64,000 nucleotides of DNA, taken from assembly GCA_951406725.2 (NCBI GenBank), contig OX597821.1:20088001-20152000 (forward strand), given 5' to 3'. Below, one piece after another: positions 1 to 10,326 of the stretch; positions within the stretch are counted from its first letter, which is position 1, and the number at the start of each line of letters is the position of its first letter. The DNA comes from Octopus vulgaris. Lineage: Eukaryota. Under the pieces are notes generated by a model that saw only the letters and a program-made list of their open reading frames with translations, did no database searches and was not told the origin of the DNA. The position numbers and the translations under genes are program-made.

Positions 1-836
1 GTTTCTCGTTGTGTTATTTGTGGTGTTCTGTACTCATATATATATATATATATATATATATGCATGTATATATATATATAGATGTAAGTATGTACATATA
101 TGTATGTATATATGCATACATTTTATCTATTTATCATATTGTTATTATACGACCGAACGCACGCGTTGTTTCTCTTCCCCAAGTAAGTTTTTATTTGAAT
201 AATCATGACGCGTACTCTTACTCTTTACTTGACCTTTCCTCCCTGCCTGTCTGTCTTCTTCTCTACTTGTCTCTCTCCTTCTTATTTTTCACCCTTTCTG
301 GTTTCTTTCCCCCCCCCTCTCTCTCTCCTCCTCTTCCTCCTCTCTCTGGCCGTTGACCGGAGAGCTACTAAAACTTTCTTTCAGCTCCGTGTTTTCAACA
401 AGCATACATCGATTTCCCTGTCTTTCGCAACACGATTTTTCACATGCGTTCTAACTAATTTTTACACCGTCTAGGCCTAAAAAAGCCCTTATTGTTTGTT
501 CCCTGTCCCGTTATACATTATTTATACTATTATTTCTACTGTTTTTTCTTCATTTGTATTGCTTTTACGTCATGTTCTTTGTCACTTGTTTTACCCCTCT
601 GCAAAAGAATTTTATTTAATTCCTTTTGCAGGAAGGATTGCTTCGCCCTAGCCGTATTCTGGCCTTACCTTCGAAACACGCATTGCGTCGAACCAGGGGC
701 AGCTGATGAAGGGGAATTTTCCTTGTATTTTTTGTCCTGTACTCTGTTTTTTCGTTGTTAAAAGAAGTCCGTTTCCTTGTTTGATTTTATGTTTTCGTTT
801 CTCGTTGTGTTCTACGTTTATTTGTGGTGTTCTGTA

Positions 837-840
<4 letters not shown>
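1..840. repeat. ~800-bp unit with terminal direct repeat (host of PLE-1); probably a PLE pLTR-type or non-autonomous element
   Basis: GTTTCTCGTTGTGTT..ATTTGTGGTGTTCTGTACTCA(TA)n occurs at 1-36 and 797-840. The sequence that follows at 60-148 reappears at ~3872-3962, after PLE-1. Confidence 0.6.
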
Positions 841-884
<44 letters not shown>

Positions 885-1058
885 TAAGAAAGTTTGTTTG
901 GTAAAGCACGTGGGTGAATATATAAGAAAATAGTAAAGTGTGAAAAAACGACAGAAGGCTTAAATGTTAAAAAATATATATATTTGTGTCAAAATGTCTG
1001 GAGAATATTGGAAAATTTTTTTTCCTTTCCTTAAAATGACATAATTTTAAAATTTTTA

Positions 1059-1098
1059 AAGAAATTACCGGTTTCGCGTGTAGCTTTTCAAATTTCTT
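1059..1098 (-). ncRNA. Minimal type I hammerhead-like motif (C3U/G8A core), inverted pLTR copy
   Basis: Reverse complement of 3659-3698. Confidence 0.75.
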
Positions 1099-1203
1099 GT
1101 GACGTTATGTTTATATTGCATGGAGTTATCGTTGTATTTATTTTCAGGAGATTTCTAAATAAGGGGAGGTAGTGAGTGATTTCTTCCGGTGTAAGGGAGA
1201 TAA

Positions 1204-3475
1204 AAACCGAAGATAATCAATCTTTCAACCAAACCTCTTTCTAACATAAAAATTGACATCCTCGCAAAAGGGCTCAAATTTACACCAACTCCACGCAGAG
1301 CAAACCTAAATAAACTCAAGGATAATATAACAGAATTTTGCAGAAAATTAAGACTAGCAGAAGCATCAAACAGTTTCAATACTGAAGATGAATCACTAGT
1401 CAAGAACAAAAGTGAACACATCCCACACAGAGGAAGAAATAAAGATCTTGACGAATTCTGTAACCACATTGAGAACTTCCCCTACCATACTATACATAAA
1501 CAGAAAGCTAACCCAAATTTTAACACTACACAATGGAAAGAACTGATAGAACTCCAAAATGATGAAGATATAACCATTAAGGAAGCGGACAAGGGAAATG
1601 CAGTTGTAATAATGGATACATCATACTACAGAAATCTTGTAATTTCCTTGCTTGATGAAGACCTACATTATGAAAAAATTACCAACTACACCCCACAAAA
1701 AATAATGAAAACTCTATCTTCACAAATTAAAACCCATGAAAAGGAACTGACAACCAAAGAGATTGATTTCCTAACAAACTTTAAATGCAAACCTAGCCTT
1801 TTCTATGGTCTGCCAAAAATTCATAAAAGTCAAATTATAAATGAAACAATTAAAAAATCACCAAAGACATACATACACACACCTAATCCGGGGGACCTAA
1901 AACTACGACCCATTGTAGCTGGCCCAACCTGTGAAACACACAGACTAAGTCTACTTATGGACATCCTCCTGAAACCCTTCCTTAAACATATCGATAGTCA
2001 TATCAGAGATGACTTAGATATGTTAAACCACCTTCCAAAAAAAACCAAGGAAGAAACAATCCTGGTTTCATTTGATGTAGTCAACTTGTATACCAGTATA
2101 CCTCACAATTATGGACTGGAGGCAATACAGTTCTGGTTAGACCAATTTCCGGAAGAAATACCAAAAAGGATCAGTAAGGAATTCATTACTAAATCAATTG
2201 AATTCATCCTACACAATAACCACTTCATGTTTGACAATACATTTTACCGTAAAAAATCCGGAATTGCTATGGGTACAAGGGCAGCACCAGTCATTGCGAA
2301 CTTAACAATGGGATACATGGAAATAATCATTTACCAGGAATCTCTATCAATCTTTGGAAACTCCCTCTCTCAATACATAAAAGAGAATTGGAAACGATTC
2401 CTAGACGATTGTTTCATTCTCTGGAATGAAAACATAGATAAACTCCAAAAATTTAAAAACCTATTGAACAGCATAAACCCAAATATACAGTTCACAATGG
2501 AATACAACCAAAAGGAGCTCCCGTTCTTGGATATACTAATTAAAAAAATTAACCTTAAAATAGAAACACATTTTTTACAAAGCCACAGACGCCAAACAAT
2601 ACCTTCTTTTTAATTCATGCCACCCAAGACACACTAAAACAAACATCCCCTTCAACCTTGCAAGAAGGATATGCACAATAGTGTCAGAACAAAATACCAG
2701 GAACTTTAGACTGCAAGAACTCAAAAACACCCTAATTGACAGACATTACCCAGCTCAACTCATAGATGATGGGATCAGACGTGCAACAGAAATCAACATA
2801 GAAACTTTAAGAAAAGTTCAACACAACAACACACCTTCCCCGAAAATACTATCTTACATATCTACATACAACCCCAGAAACAAAGAAGCCTTCACCATCA
2901 TCACCCAGAATTTACCAATACTTCACAAAAACCCAAAATTAAAGGAAATTCTAAACATACACCAAATCATTAAAAGCTACAAACAGCCTAAATCACTTAA
3001 AAAGATTCTCACAAAGGCAAAATTGTCTTCTAAAATTACGGATGCAAAAGTAAAAAAATGTGGTAGATCGAACTGTGCAACATGTCCTAACCTATTGGAA
3101 GGATCAGAATTCTTCTTTAAAGAGGGACAGAAATTCAAGATCAAATCTAACTTTACTTGTGCCTCTGAAAACATAATTTATGTCATTAAATGCTCGGGCT
3201 GCCACCAAGACTACGTGGGTTCCACGGGACTATCACTCAGGCGTAGATGCACACTGCATCGACAACAGATTGCATTCCCAGAATATAGAATGATACCTTT
3301 TAGTGAGCACATTGAGAAATGCGCAAAGCAACTACTGCCACAATTTTTAATCTTCCCATTTTACCAATGTGCTTTCAGATCATCAACACAAATGAGACTG
3401 AACAAGGAAACATTCTTCATTGAAAAGTACAAACCCAGACTCAACCATCCGAACATACTGACACAGAGAAATTAA
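1204..3475 (+). pseudogene. PLE reverse transcriptase / GIY-YIG endonuclease with one frameshift near 2570
   Basis: Open from 1204 (KPKIINLS..AKGLKFTPTP). Motifs IKEADKG, FYGLPKIHK, LRPIV, SFDVVNLYT, GIAMGT, RFLDD, LPFLD. Second frame has the linker CGRSNCATC and IYVIKCSGC..YVG. Confidence 0.92.
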
Positions 3476-3658
3476 CAAGGGAAAGGGAAAAACCATCCGA
3501 ACATACTGACACAGGGAAATGAACAAGGGAAAAGGAAAAAAAAATTTAAGCGATTATCTCCCTTACACCGTAAGAAATCACTCACTACCTCCCCTTATTT
3601 AGAAATCTCCTGAAAATAAATACAACGATAACTCCATGCAATATAAACATTACGTCAC

Positions 3659-3698
3659 AAGAAATTTGAAAAGCTACACGCGAAACCGGTAATTTCTT
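3659..3698 (+). ncRNA. Minimal type I hammerhead-like motif (C3U/G8A core)
   Basis: AAGAAAT-TTGAAAA-GC tacac GC-GAAAC CG GTA-ATTTCTT: 7-bp stem I, palindromic ACCGGT stem III, GUA triplet. Confidence 0.78.
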
Positions 3699-3830
3699 TA
3701 AAAATTTTAAAATTATGTCATTTTAAGGAAAGGAAAAAAAATTTTCCAATATTCTCCAGACATTTTGACACAAATATATATATTTTTTAACATTTAAGTC
3801 TTCTGTCGTTTTTTCACACTTTACTATTTT

Positions 3831-3878
<48 letters not shown>

Positions 3879-3978
3879 TGTATATATACATATAGATGTA
3901 AGTATGTACATATATGTATGTATATATGCATATATTGTATTTATTTATTATATTGTTATTATATATATATATATCAAC

Positions 3979-4014
<36 letters not shown>

Positions 4015-4095
4015 CAAAGTTGAGTTGAGGGGTATCGCACGAGTGGAATTATATACGAAAGAAGGTTTGAAAATGCAATTTAAAAGATGTTTATT

Positions 4096-4138
4096 TACTT
4101 AACCGGTTTCACTCTTTGAAAAAAGATTCTCAAAAGTA
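4096..4138 (-). ncRNA. Atypical hammerhead-like motif in PLE-2 pLTR (inverted copy)
   Basis: Reverse complement reads TACTT-TTGAGAA-TCTTT..AAAGA GT-GAAAC CG GTT-AAGTA. Confidence 0.6.
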
Positions 4139-5450
4139 ACATAGAATATTATGAATTCAAAAACGTTTTTTACATAATTGCCACATTGAATATTATGAAT
4201 TCAAAGAAGTTTTTTTACATAATTGTCACATTACATGTATAAATATAGTGTTTGGTAACAGGGATATGTTAAGGGTATAAAGAAGTTCAACAGTGTGATG
4301 AGAATATTTGGAAAAATTGGCAGAAAAGAATAAAACAAATATATTATTGGAAATTTGGTTGCGTTAATTATTGGTTGTTGCAAATTGTCACATTACATGT
4401 ATATATATATACAGTATTTGGTAAAAAGGACATGTTAAAGACATAAGGAAGTGCAATAGTATGGTGAGAATATTTGAAAAATTGACAGAAAAAATTAAAA
4501 TGAATATATTATACATCTCAGGGTCCGTACAGAATATTATGAATTGAAGGCGAGAGTTTGTTTTTACTGACCTGTTCGTTTTAGCAGAAATGTTGAATTG
4601 AGAGAAATGTAACCGTTCTGTTCTGTTTATGGCTTCCCTTCAAGCATCAATGATTTTGGGGTTATCATGAGGTGAGTATGTGTGTCTCTCTGCGTGTGTG
4701 TGAATAGATGTGTCTGTGTGCCCGTAGTATCTGGTCAGACGGCGTCTGTTTGTCACACACATACACACACACACATAATATACAAACACACACAACACAC
4801 ACATACAGAACACACACATACACAACGCACACACATATATAATATACACACACAGCACACAAATATAACATGTATTTATATATAATACACACACATATAT
4901 AACACACACACACAACACACCCACACACATAACACACGCACACATACATACATAATGTAAATATAACACAAATGCACCTAGCACATATATACATACAATA
5001 CACATACACAGCATATATATAATACACATACACAATATATACATACAATATACATACACAATACATACATATAATATATATATATAGACAATGCATATAC
5101 ATATATACATATTTACATATAAATAGTGTTTACATACACATACATAAATATACCACATATACACACAATATACATACATACAATGTATACATATACACGT
5201 ACGTATACATATAACATACATATACACACACACATAACATACACATACACAAGGCATACATATATATACATGCAATGTATATACATGTATTCATGCATAT
5301 ATAACACACCTACAATATACATATATACAATGCACACATACACACACATGTACACATAATTGTACACATACATATACAATACACATACATACAATATACA
5401 TATACACAATGCATATGCAAATAATGCACATATTTATACACACATATATA

Positions 5451-5484
<34 letters not shown>

Positions 5485-5774
5485 CACACATACACACACA
5501 TATATATATAAAATTCACACACACACACACACACACAAAATATATAACTATAGCGTACACACACATATATATCTCTACATACCGCACACACACACAAACA
5601 ATGTACTCACATATACACACTTACCATGCATACACACACACAACACAACACACATATATATATATATAAAACAAATACACATGTAAATACATACACACGC
5701 ACACAATGCACACACACACACAATGCACACACACACACATATATATACACACGCACGCACACACACATACACAA

Positions 5775-5817
<43 letters not shown>

Positions 5818-6002
5818 CACTCACACACCTACATAACCTACATATATATAATGCATGAGTGTGCGTGCCGGGTATGTGTGGGGTCAATACCCGCTAGTGT
5901 GCCCTATGTGTGCCGATGCGCGCATGTGTCCGCCCGCACGATATGCTGCGAGTGTGCGCGTGTCCCTGTGTGCTTGCTCTGGATGTGTGCCTAGGGGGTA
6001 TG

Positions 6003-8262
6003 TTAGGGTATGTTTAGTTGTGGTCTGTATTTTTGAATAAGATTACTTTCCCTATTTATTCGTGTTTGGCCTGTGTTGTCCGAGCATTGGTATAGTGGGA
6101 AGACTAAGACTTTGGGGGACTTATTGTGTGCACAAAGGTCTAAGTGTCCACTTAGTGGTATCTGTCTTGTGGAGGGGTCCCTCTGTTGTTGTCGGTGAAC
6201 TGTCATTCTTTCTCTGAGTGTAAGGCTCGTTTGCCCAAAGTAGTCATCGTGGCATCCTTCACACCTTATGACGTAGAGTAAATTTTTTGATGCGCACGTG
6301 AAATTATTTTTTATGATGAATGTGTGTCCCGGGTGGAACTTGTACGTCGATTCCTCAATGAGGTGGATGCGAATCCTGCAGTTGGGGCGACCACATATTT
6401 TGATGGTGGGCGGTGGGTTTGTGTTGTGTAATTTTGCGTTGGTGAGGAGGTTTTTTAGGGATTTAGGTTGTCTCTTATTTTTTATTATTTTATGAGCTGC
6501 CAGTATTTTTTTCAGGCGTGGGTCTTGATTTAGTTGTGGAATGTTGTTGTATATAATAGTGTAAGCTTCTGCATTCCTTGGGTTGTGTGTTGAGAGAGAG
6601 GGGGAGGCTATTTTCTGTACTGTGGATGTGTTTGGGTTTTCGTAGGTCTTGAGTGTTGATTAATTTGGCCCGTTCTATTCCGCTGTCTACTAGTGATGCC
6701 GGGTAATGTCTTTCGAGAAGAATTGCCCGGAGTCTTCTATTTCGTGTTGTGTCATTTGAGACAATAGTGCAGATTCTTCTCGCTAGGTTGAAAGGGATAT
6801 TTATCTTTGTGTGTTTTGGGTGATTGGAGGTGAATAGAAGGTATTGTTTAGAGTCAGTGGGTTTGTAATGAATGTCAGTTTCAATGTTGACGCCTTTTTT
6901 AAAGATTAGAATGTCAAGAAAAGGGAGTTGGTCCTGACTATATTCCATTGTGAATTGAATGTTGTTATTTACACTGTTGATAATGTTTTTGAAGTCTATA
7001 AGTTGGTCGAGTGTGTGGGACCATAGGAGGAGGCAATCATCTAAGTAGCGTTTCCAGTTCTCCAACAGGTATTTGTGGAAAGACTGGCCGTACTTATATT
7101 TGGATTTTTCATAGATATGTGATTCCAGGTAGGCCATCACCAGGTTTGCATAGGTAGGTGCAACTTTCGTACCCATTGCAGTTCCTGAAACCTGTCTGTA
7201 TGTGTTGTTGTGGAAATACATGAAGTTGTTTTGCAGAATAAATTTGAGGCCCTCAATTATGAATTCTTTTTTAATTCTTTCCGGGATCTCATTGGGATAT
7301 TTATCCAGCCAGAATTTAATGGCTTCCAGTCCATATTCATGTGGGATTGTGGTGTAAAGATTAATTACATCAAAGGAAACGATTAAAGTGTCTTTGTCGG
7401 TATGTTTGGGGAGATGATTTAATAGGTCCAGGTCGTCTCTTACAATACATGGAATGTGTTTCAGTATTGGCTTTAAGATGATATCTATAAAGTTGCTAAG
7501 TCTGTGTGTTTCACAACTTGGGCCTGCCACTATTGGTCTCAGTTTTAGATCAGTGGGATGTGGTATAGTGATGCAGGTTGAAGTGGACTTTTTGCAAGCT
7601 TCTGTGATAATTTGACTCTTGTGTATTTTTGGAAGCCCATAGAGTGTGCTGGTTTTGCAATTAAAGTTAGTAATGTAGTCGCATTCCTTTGCTGTTAAGT
7701 CATTCCGGTGTTGGTAAATGAGTGCCTTCAGTTTGGTCATTGTTTTGGATTGCTGGTAGTCGACTACTCTTTCATAGTATGTGGTATCCTCTAAAAGGAG
7801 AGATACAGAGTTTTTATACTGCTCAGTATTCATAATAACGACCATACTACCCTTATCAGCTTCTTTTATTGTGACGTCATGATTGTTCCGTAGCGTATGG
7901 ATGATTTCCCATTCTCTTTTACTGGTGTTGGGTTTGAGTTTAGGTTGTGGGAGTTCACCATAAGGGAAGTTTGAGATGTAATCGCAAAATTTGTCTAAGG
8001 TTTTGTTTTTGCCTTTTATGGGATTATAGCTGCTTTTGTTACGGACCATTGATTCGTCGTCATTATTAGTTTTCCTGTCAAAAAATTCCTCTGTGAGGCG
8101 TAATTTTCTGCAAAAGTGTGAGATGTCATCCTGTATTTCCCTCAGGTTAGGGTATTGCGGAGTTGGGGTGAATTTTAGTCCTCTTGAAAGGATTTTTATT
8201 TGTGGTGTCGACAGGTTTAGGTTAGAAAGATTCACTAGTTTTCGGTTTTTCGGGGTTGGTAT
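6003..8262 (-). pseudogene. Inverted copy of PLE-2 RT/GIY-YIG (frameshifted near 6600, small in-frame deletion)
   Basis: ORFs 6490..8235 and 6003..6206 are near-identical to ORF 10354..12594. Confidence 0.92.
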
Positions 8263-8346
8263 CTACCATCTGGTGTCGTGGAAACTGATGCCCTTGCCTA
8301 AAAAAGGAATCCTGGGGGTTCTTCTATCTGCGATATTTTGCTGTAT

Positions 8347-9000
8347 GTGATAACCCCAAAATCATTGATACTTGAAGGGAAGCCATAAACTGAACAGAAC
8401 GGGTACATTTCTCTAAATTCAACATTTCTGCTAAAACGAACAGGTCAGTAAAAACAAACTCTCGCCTTCAATTCATAATATTCTGTACGGACCCTGAGAT
8501 GTATAATATATTCATTTTAATTTTTTCTGTCAATTTTTCAAATATTCTCACCATACTATTGCACTTCCTTATGTCTTTAACATGTCCTTTTTACCAACTA
8601 CTGTATATATATACATGTAATGTGACAATTTGCAACAACCAATAATTAACGCAACCAAATTTCCAATAATATATTTGTTTTATTTTTTTCTGCCAATTTT
8701 TCCAAATATTCTCATCACACTGTTGAACTTCTTTATGCCCTTAACATATCCCTGTTACCAAACACTATATTTATACATGTAATGTGACAATTATGTAAAA
8801 AAAACTTCTTTGAATTCATAATATTCAATGTGGCAATTATGTAAAACACTTTTTTGAATTCAAAATAATCTATGTTACTTTTGAGAATATTTTTCCAAAG
8901 AGTGAAACCGGTTAAGTAAATTAACATCTTTTAAATTGCATTTTCAAACCTTCTTTCGTATATAATTCCACTCGTGCGATACCCCACAACTCAACTTTGT
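8347..9000 (+). repeat. 5' pseudo-LTR of PLE-2 plus 36-nt tail (8965-9000)
   Basis: Direct repeat of 13803-14423; the tail matches the reverse complement of 4014-4049. Confidence 0.9.
8876..8918 (+). ncRNA. Atypical hammerhead-like motif in 5' pLTR
   Basis: TACTT-TTGAGAA-...-GAAAC CG GTT-AAGTA. Confidence 0.6.
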
Positions 9001-9031
9001 TATATATATAAACATCACACGAATCCCGAAA

Positions 9032-9220
9032 ATGCCACCCAAATCACAACAAGCAGAAACTTTAATGAACCAAAATATCCTAAAAGAATTACAAGAAATC
9101 ACCTCGAAACTTTCAACCATAATAAACAAAGTCGAACAATCGCACTTATACCTAAATGGACCCATGGAGACCAAAACAACCAATCAAACCCCTGACATCA
9201 TCCCAATACTGAAAAACTAA
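9032..9220 (+). CDS. PLE-2 ORF0 (62 aa, helical); either the frameshifted N-terminus of ORF1 or a TAATG-coupled upstream ORF
   Basis: First ATG after the pLTR tail; its TAA overlaps the ORF1 ATG (TAATG 9218-9222). Confidence 0.5.
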   Translation: MPPKSQQAETLMNQNILKELQEITSKLSTIINKVEQSHLYLNGPMETKTTNQTPDIIPILKN

Positions 9221-10326
9221 TGAAATCCACAGAGACGGCAGTGCTCCCAAAGCAGGAGCAAACTAAAGACTGCTTCTCAGTTAAAAGCTCTCTTAACAAC
9301 ACCTGGAGTAAAAATCTCAAAGCGCGCAAGTTTGCCTTCTGGAATTTCATAAAAAATAATAACAAAGCTGACATTTATGAAAAGTTGCTCAACTCCACCC
9401 CTATCATCCTTCCCAGAAAACTACAAATAAAACCCATCCAAAATGAACCAGAAAACCAAAAAAACCTCAGGGAGAAACTAGCTTTCGAAAAATTCAAAAC
9501 GGAAGTAGAACTCTTGCGGCTCAGAGCCAACGCCAGTGATGAAAAATTCAAGACCCTTGACAATGAAATGCAGATTGAAATTTCAAAACACTGTGATGGA
9601 GCACTTCTTGATGAAACCACCAAACTCTGGAGAAAAAACTGCGAGGATGAAGAACTAGCATCCCTCCAGCGAATGGAAAAAAACAGCTGGTTCGCCAATT
9701 ATGAAACAGAGTTCACAAAGGAACACCTTTCAAGCAACCCATATTTTAAAATATCTCCTTCAACTCACACCCCTCACCAAAAACAAAGAAAACAAACCAC
9801 AAAACACCGAACACACACCACCCCTAACATCGACAACAACAACAACAGAACTTACAGACAGCAATACAATCCCATCAAAAGAACCGAGACACCCATCAAC
9901 ACAAGACAAAACTTTACCAGACAACGTAGACACCATCCCACACAAGAACCGTTCCAGATTCGGAGATCCTACCCATCACTTAGAAACCCATCTCTGAACA
10001 ATGATTGTAGATTCCAATCCAAACCATTCCTAACTCAGAGTTCTGCCCCAACATATAGGAATTCACTTCTAAACCTTGAATGTGGTTTCCAACCCACTCT
10101 AAGGAGCCAACATTACACCCAGGACAAACAACCCAGACCATGGAATAACCAAACCTCTTCCAGGAGGCCACGCCAACAACCCAGACCCTGGAACAACCAA
10201 AACCTCTTCAACAGACAACATATCAACGGGGGACAGAATCACATACAGCAAAATACCGCAGATAGAAGAACCCCCAGGATTCCTTTTTTAGGCAAGGGCA
10301 TCAGTTTCCACGACACCAGATGGTAG
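9220..10326 (+). CDS. PLE-2 ORF1: 368 aa, coiled-coil-like N-half and basic Q/R/P/N-rich C-half, function unknown
   Basis: Long non-repetitive ORF between pLTR and RT; E/K/L-rich helical segment; repeated QPRPWNNQ. Confidence 0.75.
   Translation: MKSTETAVLPKQEQTKDCFSVKSSLNNTWSKNLKARKFAFWNFIKNNNKADIYEKLLNSTPIILPRKLQIKPIQNEPENQKNLREKLAFEKFKTEVELLRLRANASDEKFKTLDNEMQIEISKHCDGALLDETTKLWRKNCEDEELASLQRMEKNSWFANYETEFTKEHLSSNPYFKISPSTHTPHQKQRKQTTKHRTHTTPNIDNNNNRTYRQQYNPIKRTETPINTRQNFTRQRRHHPTQEPFQIRRSYPSLRNPSLNNDCRFQSKPFLTQSSAPTYRNSLLNLECGFQPTLRSQHYTQDKQPRPWNNQTSSRRPRQQPRPWNNQNLFNRQHINGGQNHIQQNTADRRTPRIPFLGKGISFHDTRW

Larger units (their letters stand above)
883..3839 (+). mobile_element. PLE-1: Penelope-like element (Neptune-type), 5'-truncated with inverted pseudo-LTR, in a (TA)n tract
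   Basis: RT plus GIY-YIG frame; 918-1203 is the reverse complement of 3554-3839; (TA)n on both flanks. Confidence 0.93.

Noticed and set aside
3443-3540. ~47-bp tandem duplication at the end of the PLE-1 ORF
   Set aside because: Real, but looks like ordinary slippage or a template switch.
4640-6000. Numerous YI/CV/HT-repeat ORFs here and throughout the window
   Set aside because: Translations of dinucleotide microsatellites.
10324-10326. Selenocysteine recoding as in Naiad PLEs
   Set aside because: The stop is TAG, not TGA; it lies before the RT rather than at a Cys position; no SECIS was recognised.
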